Notes under the pieces: model-generated
Databases searched by the model: none
What the model was told of the DNA's origin: nothing
Seen by the model: the letters and a program-made list of their open reading frames with translations, nothing else
Shown here: in pieces, positions 12,661-25,365 of the stretch
Layout of the letters: every line of letters starts with the position of its first letter
Position numbering within the stretch: the first letter of the stretch is position 1
Program-made: the position numbers and the translations under genes
Assembly: GCA_964247055.1 (NCBI GenBank)
Contig: OZ176054.1
Coordinates: 9,362,001-9,426,000 of the forward strand
Source: Paragordius varius
Lineage: Eukaryota > Animalia > Nematomorpha
Length of the DNA stretch: 64,000 bases
Direction of reading: 5' to 3'

Positions 12661-13167
12661 AGTGCTAATTTTGATATAAATAACAAAATAACTAGTAAAT
12701 ATATTATAATATTGCTAAATTTGCTATTATTTATACTAATAAGTGTAAAAACAAAAATTTTGATGAAATGCATGAACAAATTAAACTTAATTTAGCCATT
12801 GCTGAAAGCACAAATATAGAATTTATCACAATGAATTCTGTTCGAAAAATTGATGAATTTTTTACAGAAGACAACTTAAACTTACCCCATATTCCTGTGT
12901 TTAGCATGCAATTTTCAAATATATCAAAGAATATATTAGAATATGTATGGGCCACAGAGGAATCTTTTATAATGTTTAAAAATAAACGACGTCTTAATAT
13001 ATATAAATATTAAGAATGCACTGCCTGTTTCACCCAATATTATTTTTACAATGACACATGTGGTTTAAATACATACTTATTTTTATATAATCATCTGCTT
13101 TAAAGCCTAAACGATTAGATAAAAAATATACTTCGATAATATGGATATTGCTATATTAAAAATGGGA

Positions 13168-13415
13168 CTGTGGTTGTCAGAAATATGGCTCTTTCACTAA
13201 ATAATTACTAAAAAAAGTTTACCAGTGGCAAGTATTATAAAGATTTTCAGATTATAAAAAAATAAATGATTAAATGTGATGAAAAATAATAAAAAATATT
13301 ATAAAAATTTTATGCAAATCTATTTAAATTACATCGCCACTCAAAAATTTAATCTTTTTGCAAAAAAATTTTTTTCAATTTTTTTAAAGAGCCACAAGTG
13401 GCTCCGGAACCACCT
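13168..13415. mobile_element. Degenerate hAT-type MITE
   Basis: Left end CTGTGGTTGTCAGAAATATGGCTCTTT and right subterminal AAAGAGCCACAAGTGGCTCC, resembling hAT MITE subterminal motifs. Confidence 0.4.
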
Positions 13416-15598
13416 ATTGTACTAAGGAATAAGCATAGGCTATTATTTTTTAATATTGAAAGCCAAAACGGAAGGCGCATTACATATAATGTTTAATATT
13501 ATTTCTATAGATCCTTGAACGAATCAGCAAAATTTAAGTAAAAAATTGTCCTTTTCCGTAAACACCTATTTTGGAGAAACAATTAACTCAGAGGCTCATG
13601 TTGCATAAAAACAAGTTTATTTATACATTTTCTACCGTTTCCATCATGTTACGAAAATTCAATAAAAACGCTTTGCTAAAACTTTTCCAAAAATTAAAAT
13701 TTTAGAAGTTTGCATTTTTCAAAATAATTTTTGTTGTCGTAACTAGCATATGTTACAAATCATCGCGCAATTGGTATTTTTTGCGTTTGGTTTAAGACTT
13801 CTAAAGGGGACCAAAAATTTAAATTTTCGAGCAACATCTAAAATTAAAATTTTAAGTAACTATTGTTTTGCTTTTGAAATATTTTTTTAGATTTAGATCA
13901 AAAAAATTTAAAAATAATGTGCAATTGTCATTTTTCGTATGAAATTCCATAAAAAAGGTAGTACTTCATTAAAACATTCGTATAGCTTAAAACCAAAAGC
14001 CCTTGAAAATCCTGGTACATTTTTATAAAAATATATATATTCTTATCAGGATATTGTTTTAAATCCTCTGATTTTATGTATTCTGTATGTTATTTTTATT
14101 CAACCTAATGTGCGAAAAAAGAATTGATTTTGTCTCATGGTATGAGAATAAAATCTATTTCTGATATTTTAACCTCCCTTTCCTTTAAAATAATCATTAG
14201 CTTTCGAATGAAATATAAACACTGCCAATTTTAATCGCAGAGTGTATAAATAGCAATTTTTATTGTCTGATGAAAACTTTCTTCATTTTTTTACAAAGCA
14301 CAGATAGAAAAATGTATAAAGATTATTATGGTGCTTTCGAATTTGGCCTTGCGAGTGATTTAGGAAAGTTACTCCAATGGCTACATATAACAAAAAGCGT
14401 AAATTTGAAATAAGATTTTATATCGTAAAACTTTATGCTTCACTCTAAAAAAATAAATCATGACTTTAACTATATTAAATAAGAAATTATCGATGTCAAA
14501 ATTCAGCATATAGTTATATCAAATCAGGCATTTTTAATTATAAAAAAATTAGGCCATATTTTATAGGGGCCTACGCCTTTTGGAGGCTAAGTCTAAAAAT
14601 TTAAAGTTATAGAAGTATTGATTACTTTAAATTATATTTTATAATATTATTTGAAATGTTTAACTTTCACCCAAAATGTCCTTAACTTTTGAGATTTTTA
14701 TAACATGGAACAATTACCACAAAAATGAGCGCCATGATAATCCCAATACATTTTTCTATCATAATATATAAACCGGGATATTTTTTGTGCGCCTTGTGTT
14801 AGTAAATCTTGGTATATTTTTTTAAAACAAGATTAAATTTATAATAAATTTTTAACTCTAATAACTTAATTTTTAAACATAGATGTTTAAACTGTGAATA
14901 TGGTCCTAGGATATTGTTTAAAACTTTTTTCATGCCCATATATTCAGTGCACATAAAAAATAACCTGAAATAATTATAAATATAAAATTCCGATGGTGCT
15001 TTTGGTATGGGGCTTACTAGTTAAAAAAGGTATTTAAACTTTTGTAGTATGTTCACCATATCGATAAATTGTAAAATACATTATATACAACTTTTTTTGG
15101 TAACTAAAGACTTCCAACCAAGAGCTAGTAAATAAATATATTCTTAAATATATTAAACAATTAAATTAAAATTTTTGATTCGAGCTGTCTAAAATTTTAC
15201 ATCTTAATAATGAGCTAGTTTTGTCAAATAAAGCGAAAATTCCGATATTATTTAACCACAGGGACGCTCAACGAAAATGGCTTCGAGGGCCGCATTAAAT
15301 CGGCGGGCAGCATATACACATGGGCATAAATGGATTTATTGGAATATGAACATAAGACTGTATTTTTTTGACAAATACAAAACAGTCACTAATTTTTTGA
15401 GACAATTAAGCTATTTCCTTGCAAATTAGTTAAACTCGAGCAAAGTATCATTGACATATCGAATTTATTAGTGTAAATAAACTAGCTAAGATTCTTGCAA
15501 ATATTAAGTTTTAACATAATTTATATATGAGAATGTTGATATATAATCACACAAACATTTATATATCTATACGTAATAATATATTGATATCAAGGAAT

Positions 15599-17697
15599 TT
15601 ATTTGCTCTTTTTATCAGCGTTTCCAAAAGAGTGTTCCCGATCCAATTTCGACTGCATTATAAAAAGATTATAAGAAAATAATTGAGGATAAACTTTAAA
15701 TTATTTGTCGTTAAAATGTAACCTTTAACGCATCATGCTCCTCCAACAATCTGTCATACTCAATGTTAATACCTTTGGCTTGACTTTCCATGGCATCCAA
15801 ATTAGTTTTTGTAATCTCCAAAACTACAAGGGCGCGTGCGTGTCAAAACAATAATTGTTATACAAATTAGTTTAGCATTTAATATTTATAAACATGGTAT
15901 AAAATTAAAAGATCCCTAAACCTAAGTTCATCGAATAAAACACTCAAAAATCATTGAAAAAATAAATAGAAACGTATTTTCAAAAAAATTAAACAACCCC
16001 GTTTGGTATTTTCTAGTTCATCTTTGACTCTCATAAGTTCCGCTTCGTGGTCATCGTTAAATTCGTCGCCAATTTCTTCAATATCCAATTCGTCTTCATC
16101 GTCCCCAACCTATCATTTTAAATGAAATAAAATATAACACAGTTATATGCAGACAAAGTGTAAAAATAAACACAAATATTTTCGATAAAAAAGACAGCCA
16201 GCCATATTTTTTAACCTTAATTTATCAGATAGTAACCTTTATGATTAAAAACATGTTGAAATATATAATTGAGTATACAAGCTACTAACCATATCTCTTT
16301 CATATTTTGCAACTATAATATAGCAGTCATTTTTTAATATTTTGTTTTCATTTTTCAATATTTTGTTTTCATTTTGACTTTATAAAATATATTCTAAACC
16401 TCTTCTTGTTGTGTCACGGACCACTAAAATATTTGTCAAAATTATAATTATTCGGGATTAAAGTGTAAAAAAACTTTTTTGTTGGAAAAAATACAAATAA
16501 AATAAGTTATTTTTAACAAACATTTATATTTTAAAATGGCTTAAACTAAAAAATCAGTTCGGTGGTAAACCGCCCGCAATAAAGATTAGCTCATAAATAG
16601 GGTAAAAATGGGTCAACAGCCAAAAAAAGTCAGGACCGAAAATAAGGCTGTATAATACAATAATGCATAGCATATATTAAATTAATCTTACAATTCTTCA
16701 ATACATATGTACATTAATATAATGTAAAAAGATATCTTGCATACATTTCCGTAATATAACTTAGACCCATTTATACAAAATTAAAATTGGTAATCACCTT
16801 TTTCTTTTTTCTTGGCTTTTCCGATATCAGTTTATTAGCTGCTTGAGTTGCACTCAGCGCTTGTTTCATGGATGATTCCGTTGTGGCTTCCAGGTAAGCC
16901 TGATAACTAATAAGCGATACTAGGCGTCTTAAAATACTAAAATCATTTTAGATATAATAGATTGTTAAATAGACATAAGTAAGCAATATATATACCTATT
17001 TTAACGTTTTTAGCGATAAAAAATTGAATTTGTATTTTAACCGCTAAAAACGTCAAATTTAATTTTGATTTATCAATTATTAATGCTACAAAAAGTTTTG
17101 AAATGTTTATAGTCGGTATAAAGTTAATTATATCAATTTGATTATTAAAACGTTATAAACAAATATTAATATAATTAAAATTTGTAATTTTAGTATTAAT
17201 CTAAAAAAAGCGCATTAAATTACGGTGAGACCGATTATAAGCTTCCGACAAACCAAAACCAAATTATATATATATATGGTAAATTTTTTAAATAACACTA
17301 TAATTACATCCATAAAAACAAAGCGATTCCAGAAATGTAAAAATTTCGTTGCGCTCGAAACAATTTCATCCTTAATTGGTTTTCAGCTCCTACGCCAACT
17401 ATTGCAGGATCAATCGCTACCGTAGTTTGATATCTGTAAGTTTCCCTAATAGCATCTAAAAAATAAAGCTTATAGTTTACCCAAGAAGAATAATATTAGG
17501 ATGAGCATAAAAGCTCCGAAATATATTTTGGAGTACACATATATAAATTTTAAGATGCGTGACTTAAATATTTTTTGCCATCTAAAACTTCATATTAAAA
17601 TTTACCGTCGCGGCTTAATACCGGGAAAAAGTAAAAGACTAACAATCGCCACTTCAATATACATGAACGCGGCCACCAAAGTCCATTGGAAACTCAT
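15599..17697 (-). CDS. BCAP31: B-cell receptor-associated protein 31/29 homologue, 248 aa, 7 exons: 17697-17606, 17581-17481, 17455-17308, 16936-16798, 16109-15998, 15823-15723, 15652-15599
   Basis: Spliced translation: MSFQWTLVAAFMYIEV...PRRWQKIFKSR...FLDAIRE...MKLFRAQRNFYISG...ILRRLVSLI...EYDRLLEEH...DKKSK* (C-terminal KKxx ER-retrieval motif). All introns are GT-AG and the exons total 747 nt. The gene is not represented in the ORF track. Confidence 0.93.
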
Positions 17698-17774
17698 TTT
17701 TGTGGAATGGGAGTATCAGCCAACAAAATATACTGTTTTTATGAAATGAATGAAATTTTCGCTACTGATTAAGC
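17698..17774. promoter_or_regulatory. Putative bidirectional promoter / shared 5' region between BCAP31 and the SLC22 gene
   Basis: The two divergent start codons are separated by only 77 bp. The promoter function is inferred. Confidence 0.55.
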
Positions 17775-20700
17775 ATGACTTTGGAAATGGATTTTGATCA
17801 AATTCTACCCGAGATCGGTAGTTTCGGGCGTTATCAAAAATTACTTTTGATATTTATTACTCTTCCTACTTCGCTTCCTTGCTCATTCTTTGGATTTTTA
17901 TATATTTTTCAAATTGGTTTACCGACGTATACTTGTGATTCTTACGGTGTTAATATCAACGATGAAAATATATTATCAATTAATAATTGTTCTGTTAAAT
18001 ATATAAATGGCAATCTAACCCTTACTCAAAAATGTTTTAAATGGTCATTTGACCAATCTCAGTTTACTTCCACGGCTGCAACGCAAGTTCTCAATAATTT
18101 ACAAAAATTAGTTTAATTTAGTGTGTCATAAATTATGGATCACTCAATTTACTATCGCCCTATTTTATTTTGGAAGTTTGTGCGGTCAATTATTTTTTGG
18201 AAAGTTTATTGATAAGTGGGGCCGTCGAAACGGATTTTTCCTTTGCTTAACCATAGAACTGCTTTTTGGGCTGATTATATTGGCATCTCAAAATTTGTAC
18301 ATGTTTCTAGTATGTCAATTTGCAATTGGATTTACCATAGCATCCATCTTTGATATACCATTTGTTTCGGGTTCGGGTTATCTTTATTAAATCGAATTTA
18401 GAGTTATTTGCGTAAAAATTAATATATTAAATTTAACAGCTATCGAACTGGTTGGTCCCAAAAAACGTGCTTTAATCACAATACTAATGTGTATGGTTTA
18501 TTCGTTGGGTGTCGTTTTATTTGGTGTCATTGCATATTTTATTCGTGATTGGCGAATATTAACAGCCGTTGTTACGGTTCCCTTCCTCACTTTTTACATT
18601 TATTGGTGGTAAATAATCATACTATTATAATTCACAAATTTTATATAACGCCTAAATATAAAAAGCTACATACCTTCTTTTAATTATAAAAAACTGAGGG
18701 TTCAAATGCAGCAAATAATTTTTTGCAAAAAATTGCTCTGCATGTAATATTTTGTTATCTAAAGAACAATTGTTTTTCATATTAAAATTTGTGCTATGTT
18801 TTGATATTTAACTTTCATTAATAAGAACAAATATAAGTTCTTAAATGATTGACACATGGCCAAAAATACCAAGTCAATCCTGATAAATTTTTCTGTCAAA
18901 TATTTTTAATTCATCGGAATTTTCCCATAATCATATTTTGTGATTAATTTATATATTAATTCTAACCCCTTAATTATTTTGTCAAACAAAATGAATAATT
19001 TTTGTCTTCAATTATTATAAATAAATTTCAAATATATTATTCACAAAACTTTAAAATTCCCCTTATTATTTATTTTATGCATTCAAAATTAGGATAGATT
19101 TTAATAATTATTAGAAGTTTATATCTTTCCAATATAAAACCTTAAAAAGTGGTTTAGTCAAATATAAAAAAGTTTCAAACTTATATAAATCATTTAAAAA
19201 AATACCCTTTTAAAAATTTAACATTGGTTTTGATAAAATTTAATTTTTTTTAATATTAATATTAAAGGTTTCTTCCTGAATCGATACGGTGGCTTATTGT
19301 TAAACAAAGATACTCAAAAGCTGAAAAAATTGTACAAACTGTAGCTCGTATAAATCATGTCAGAATAAATGAAAATTTTCTTCAATCAAAAATGGTAAAT
19401 TTATTGTTATTTTTCGGTTAAAATCAAGTATTTAAATTTTCAATTTGTAAAATGTTTATATAGTTCTAATAAATGAAGTGAATAAAGCCGTTTATTATAT
19501 AAGATATGTGTTTATTATTAGGCAAATGAAATGGAAACTCCAACAAATGATCTGACAAATACGATTCTCAAAAACTCTCAAGTATGATCAATTTTTCAAA
19601 ATTACCAAATAATCACAATAATTATTGAATTTGTTTTTAGGAATTACAGATTAGGAAGCGAAACAATTCAATTTGTGGCGAACCAGGGATTAAAGCTTTG
19701 CTTAGTACACGAAATATGCGCCTTAAAACATTTATTATTACTCTTGCTTGGTAATATGTCAAATTTTCATTAGTAAATTTGTAATACAACAAGGGTTAAG
19801 TGTAACCAGTTATATAATAATACGATGGTGAAATGCTACATTCATTTACAGTTATAACCTCGAATAAATGCCATATATTACAAGCAAAAACCAATTAAAT
19901 TGCCTTCAAAGTGTTGAAACATTTTTTAATAACCAAAAAATAAAAATTTGTGAAGAGTTTTACATCTCATATAAACAAATTTATTCACAAATCAAATGAT
20001 TAACTTTTGTTTAATTTTTTTAATGTGTATTCAAACACAATCCCAATCAGGGGTTTGAGTGCAAATTAATTAGACCCAACCCTAAATATAAGATTATAGT
20101 TACAATATATCGATATTTTAATCTAGGGTAGCTAATGTATTTTCTTATGTCGGTCTACAAAATTATCTGTCATTCCTTTCGGATTTGCACCTCAATTTTT
20201 TGTTAGCCGCGTTGGCCGAATTACCGGCCTATCTTATACTTTGGCTCACGTTAGATAGGGTGGGACGAAGGCTCCCTTTTTCCATTTCAATGCTCGTTTC
20301 AGGCATATGTGTACTGCTAGTCAATGTCATATATTCAAGTAAATGTTCAAACAAACGATTTTTACAATTTATGTCTCTTTGGGTGTCTCTCAGTAGCTTA
20401 AATTACATAGTAAATTTTTTGAAATTTTTTTATGTAGAAATAATTTTAAAGGTTTTGGGTAACGTTTTATGTTATTAATTTCGAATTATATGTAAAATAT
20501 CGGAGAACTTTAATAAAACATATTTCATTATATGTCAGACGCCAAAATCGAAGTGGTTAATAATTTTTAATACTTGGGCGATGTCATACGTTGCCTAGCT
20601 AAACAAGACAGTCAATATAGATCCCAACAGGCTTGGGTAAAATATCATCAACATAAATTTATGCTCAAAAATAAACACATATCAGCAAAAAACAAAGGTT

Positions 20701-21822
20701 TGATCTACAAAACCGGCATGCGTCCCATACTCCTCTATGGAAGCGAGACATGGCCGATGACAGATTTAATCGAGAAAAAACTACTGAACATAGAAAAGCG
20801 GATGCTATAAATTTACTCGACTCCAATAAGTTAATTCGAATTTTCATCAACTGTATCCAACCTTTAGATATTATGATCAGAAAATATAGGCTCAGATATT
20901 TCGGACACATCAAACGTGCTCCAGAACAATGGACAGATAAAATTTTATTCCTACATTCCGAAGGTAACAATCGCAGGGATAGACCAACTTTTAACTGGGA
21001 AAAAACAATAAATAATAATTTAAGTGTTACCAACATTAATGATAACGCATGTCAGGATCGCAAATATTACAGGCAGCTTCTATACGGATACAATGGCTAA
21101 CCATTACACAAAGACGACACATCGTTTTTAAATATATTTCAGATTTATTTTGCATTACTTAACAACATATCAACTGTATCAATTTTTTCATATATATTAA
21201 CTAATTTTACAAAAAAATTTGTTTAGAATCTCAAGCTTTAGTACTTAGTTTAGCATTGGTGGGTAAATTGGGTATTTCGACTTCATTTGTCATTATGTAC
21301 TTGTATGCATCCGAAATATATCCGACTGAGTTGCGGGGAACTGGTTTAGCTGTTACCGTCACTATTGCACGTATTGCTGCTATAATTGTACCCTTTATAA
21401 CATATTTGGTAGGTTTAATAATATAGTTTTGTTTTATACACTCTTGAAAACTAATTAAAATGATTGGAAAGTTAACTTAGTGTTAAATTTAAAACTAAAA
21501 AAAATTTTGAATGCTCATATCATATATTATTAACAAATTGCGGAACAAAGTTTACATCTATTACTAAAATATATAAAATCAGAAACATATAAATGTATAC
21601 TTTGCATTATTTCAATCAAATATTATTTATTTATAACAAGTAAAATTATATTTTTCGTTTTTATAGGGTAATAAATATGCACTAATCCCTACGATTTTTA
21701 TGGGTGTATTAACCACGGTTGCTGGGTTGGCTGCCCTTTGGTTACCCGAAACATTGAATCAAAAATTACCAGAAACCTTGGCAGATGCAGAAAAAATTGG
21801 CCTTAACAAATTATTTTCCTAA
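17775..21822 (+). CDS. SLC22-family organic cation/anion transporter (MFS), 528 aa, 9 exons: 17775-18086, 18112-18370, 18440-18608, 19268-19394, 19522-19581, 19641-19750, 20127-20338, 21227-21408, 21667-21822
   Basis: FDQILPEIGSFGRYQ, STAATQ|FNLVC, DKWGRR, ELVGPKKR, WFLPESIRWL, DRVGRR, SEIYPTELRGTG, LPETLNQKLPET. All introns are GT-AG and the exons total 1587 nt with an open frame. Confidence 0.93.
20535..21120 (+). mobile_element. 5'-truncated RTE-type LINE 3' end inside SLC22 intron 7
   Basis: IEVVNNF*YLG, KGLIYKTGMRPILLYGSETWP, RYFGHIKR..RPTFNW..QDRKYYR, with a frameshift between the ORFs at 20574 and 20750. Confidence 0.85.
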
Positions 21823-22170
21823 AAATATTTGCATGATAAATTGTGATAAATATTCCCTCATCATCGAATATTTTAATTAAATACTCTGTATATTTTCATT
21901 AATTTATTAATTAATTTAAAATATCTCTAGTCATTTTAAATTATGATCAAATATTTATCTTTAATGGCTAAATGAAACATTTTATGGAATTTTTATATAC
22001 GCAATCTTTATATTCTATTTTTCGCAAATCATGTGATATGATAATATAAATGGAATTATTGCCATTAATAATTGCAATTAACAAAATATTTTGTGGGAGT
22101 ACTTTTTGATATGGTATTACTTCAAGTTAAGTATTTTTCATATGATAGTCCTTTAAAACCTTCAAATATT

Positions 22171-22205
<35 letters not shown>

Positions 22206-22239
22206 TTTTTTCTTCAATGATGAGGGACAAACTCTAAAA

Positions 22240-22520
22240 TAGAGGTATCCAACACAAATGGCTTTGCTGGCAACATTTTTGACTCAAAAAATCCGACGGA
22301 CAGCATTCGAAAAAAATGGCCATTAATTTATATATAATTAGATTTCAAACATAGGAAGTGTAAAAAGCAAACTCTATATATCTAGTTCTTTGCCAATTAT
22401 ATAGACTTATCAGAAAATTTAATCAAGAAATATCAATTTTACTAAGATTTTGTGACCAGCATTTTGGAAATTATGTATGTCCAAATTTTTCATGAGCAGC
22501 CCATACTATAAACGCCCCTG
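22240..22520 (+). mobile_element. hAT (Buster-like) MITE, degenerate
   Basis: TAGAGGTATCCAACACAAATGGCTTTGCTGG...AACGCCCCTG. The internal sequence resembles the 39400 and 54947 copies. Confidence 0.65.
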
Positions 22521-23038
22521 CGTTAAATGTAAAGTTTTCCCATTACATTCACTGACAGAAATATATGGAGATTGTAATTTTTGCTGTCTATTTTGATTTA
22601 GCGAAAGGTTTTATGCCCAAAAACGCTTTGGATATTTTGACACCATTCATTTTTTATTTCAGCTTTCGGGTAAAATCAAAAACGATAAAAAAATTTACAT
22701 CGACCATCCATTCTGTATAAATAAATCCTAATAATAATAATAATTTTTGGTCAATTAATATTATGTATGTATTAAATCGTTTAAACACTGCCACCGTCAT
22801 CATTTTTATTATTTGGATTCAACCCCTTATAACTTATGAATATCTATATTTTCCCAATTTATGTAAAGAAAATAAATATATCATATAGATTTATTTATGG
22901 CTTATTGGTTATTAATTAATCCACCTTAAATTTGGAACATGAAAGAGTTAGTTAATTAATTAATAAAATAAATGCAATAAAAACATAATAATAATAATAA
23001 TATAAAATTTATTTATTTAATTTGTCTTATACATCTAA

Positions 23039-24286
23039 ATGAATTTTGAATTTAACAACAGTTATAAAAATACCAGCTACATAAAGTCCTATCACGTTCA
23101 TAAACACGGAATTGGTCTAGCCAATGAAACAATTATCAATATTGTAAATATACCGGCCACTTATTTGGGAAAACTGAAATTATTTTTTTATATTATTAGC
23201 CTTTGTTTAGGTTTTTTCGGTTATATACCACTCATTTTATCCTTAAACGTTAAGCGATGTGATATGTTCAAGTTACGCCCTACGTACAAGAAAACGAATC
23301 GATTTTACCTTTCTGCCTTATGCATTACCGGGTTACTTGTTTGTCTTACACTTATACCCTTTCTAGTTATCCACATTATATATAGAGATGATTGTTATCG
23401 AAGTATAGATCACATCTATCGCGCAATCATTCTGAGCAAAATTAAATTAAGTTATGTATGTTTCTCTGTGACAAATTACATTTTGGTCCTATCAAACATA
23501 GACATTTTTACCGCTATCTATTACCCTGTACAATACCATCAATTTAACATCAAACATGGGACAAAATTGGTTAAGATTAGTATTGGAATCATTGTAATAA
23601 TTTCATTCATACTGATAATACCATATGCTTTTTTCAATAACCTTGAATCAATCAAATCGTATTTGAGTTGGGAAATTTATGCAGCATTATCAAATAGGTT
23701 TTACATAAAACCTTTTTATATTAATCAACAACTTTCTCAAATATATCATGCCTTTGTCATATCAATCATATTTGTTTTACCGTACATCCTTATAATTATT
23801 TTTAATGGATTAACCGTAATTAAATTGACTTTAGACCAAAAATATAATCGGGTAAAAGATGATATTTTACACGAACAAAATGAACAATCTAGGCCCACAA
23901 ACTCCAAAAAATGTAATTCAGAATCTTTGAAATCTGCCCAACCGAAAATTGAGCCTCAACCAAAACCAAACTTGCCAAAATCATCCCTCCCTAACTGCCA
24001 TGCCACAGCTCAACCAATAAGTCAAAGACGCATTAAATCACATCAAATAAGGAATTTCCTAGTTATTATGACTATTCTTAATATTTTTACCCTAGTAATT
24101 ACTATACCCTGGCTTATTTTCAGTATTTGGAAAACCAAATTTTGGGTAGCCGGGCTTAATTGCGAGTCGAAAGTGGGCGTAATCACCTATTTTTTTATGA
24201 TTTTTAAATACTTTATGACCCCTTATCTTATTATACTTTCTAATGTTAACATTAGAAACAAAATGACATTGTGCCGGCCGAGATAA
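23039..24286 (+). CDS. Divergent 7TM GPCR-like receptor, paralogue C (415 aa, single exon)
   Basis: Collinear with paralogue B: GFFGY, ALCITGLLVCLT, SNIDIFTAIYYPVQY, VLPYILIIIFNG, TIPW..WVAGLNCES, TPYLIILSNVNIR. Confidence 0.88.
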   Translation: MNFEFNNSYKNTSYIKSYHVHKHGIGLANETIINIVNIPATYLGKLKLFFYIISLCLGFFGYIPLILSLNVKRCDMFKLRPTYKKTNRFYLSALCITGLLVCLTLIPFLVIHIIYRDDCYRSIDHIYRAIILSKIKLSYVCFSVTNYILVLSNIDIFTAIYYPVQYHQFNIKHGTKLVKISIGIIVIISFILIIPYAFFNNLESIKSYLSWEIYAALSNRFYIKPFYINQQLSQIYHAFVISIIFVLPYILIIIFNGLTVIKLTLDQKYNRVKDDILHEQNEQSRPTNSKKCNSESLKSAQPKIEPQPKPNLPKSSLPNCHATAQPISQRRIKSHQIRNFLVIMTILNIFTLVITIPWLIFSIWKTKFWVAGLNCESKVGVITYFFMIFKYFMTPYLIILSNVNIRNKMTLCRPR

Positions 24287-25195
24287 ATTAATTAAATTAC
24301 AAAGTTAAAGCTCAGAATTTTATACATTTCAATTTGGATATATATGTATGTGATATGTTAAACTAATAAATGTTTCATATATTTGTTTTTATATACCAAA
24401 TCGTGTCTAAAATATTTTTTAACTGGTATAAAATATAGTTGATAAAATCTACAATAAAAAGTTATGAATAAATCTTTATTAGGGAAACAAATAATTTTTT
24501 ACATGTATATGGATATATCTTGACTTAACTGTTAAAATTAAATACTTAATGTAAATAAAGTTGCTATAACATATTATAAGGAGTTCCCTTGATAAGGAAA
24601 ATGATTGTAAATGATTTTTCTGTAATCTGATGGAAAAAAACTGGTGTGAAAATATATACGTCCAAAGATATTTTACAGAATGTTATTGATCATCGCTTGG
24701 TTTCCATCGTATATTTATTTCTTAGCAATAAAACAAAACTTCTAATAAAACTCTTCCGTATTTGTGGTTTTGTAAATATTTGCTATATGCAACTTTGAGG
24801 GTGATTTGATCGGGCAACAATTTTTTAATATTAACGAAAATTGTATTGTAGCGACATTGCATCCACGATTTCAGGTAATTTATATTTAATACCAATTTTT
24901 AGGAAGATGGACTGAACAGATCATCTAAAAAGTGGCTGGATGAACGCATTTGTAAATAAATATAAATATAGTTTGTTGCATTTGATTGGATCTACCTTTT
25001 TTTGAAATATGTTTAAAATATACGATTTTCAGGTCCTCTTATCCCTATCATAAGGATGGGGCGAAACACAAGTGCTTTTTCAAAAAAAGGGATCGACCAT
25101 GTCCAACCCGCTCAAAATAATGGAAAATATACTTTGATATATTGAAATGTGCCTAATTTTTTGAAAATAATGCTCCAATGTCAATATGCTACCTC

Positions 25196-25365
25196 CAGTG
25201 GAGTAGTGAGCGTTCGCAGCGCCCGGTTCACGAATCATTGATGTAGTCCCTCTTTTGTTGAAGCAATCCAGATTGAACTTATAACTGTAAAAGATTCGTA
25301 ATTAAGCACCCCTTAAATTATGGCGCCCGTGGCATGTCCCTTCCATTCCCCTTACTACGCCGCTG
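25196..25365. mobile_element. 170-bp hAT MITE with a perfect 8-bp TSD
   Basis: TIRs CAGTGGAGTAGT / ACTACGCCGCTG. GCTACCTC is present on both sides (25188-25195 and 25366-25373). Confidence 0.85.

Noticed and set aside
12345-13013. Overlapping ORFs 12345-12635 (-), 12731-12955 (-) and 12768-13013 (+)
   Set aside because: The first is largely the antisense of a hAT MITE end. The 81-aa + strand ORF looks mildly protein-like, but I recognise no family and cannot link it to other exons.
17225-17749. ORF-track ORFs 17225-17425 and 17501-17749 (+)
   Set aside because: They are antisense to BCAP31 exons 1-3.
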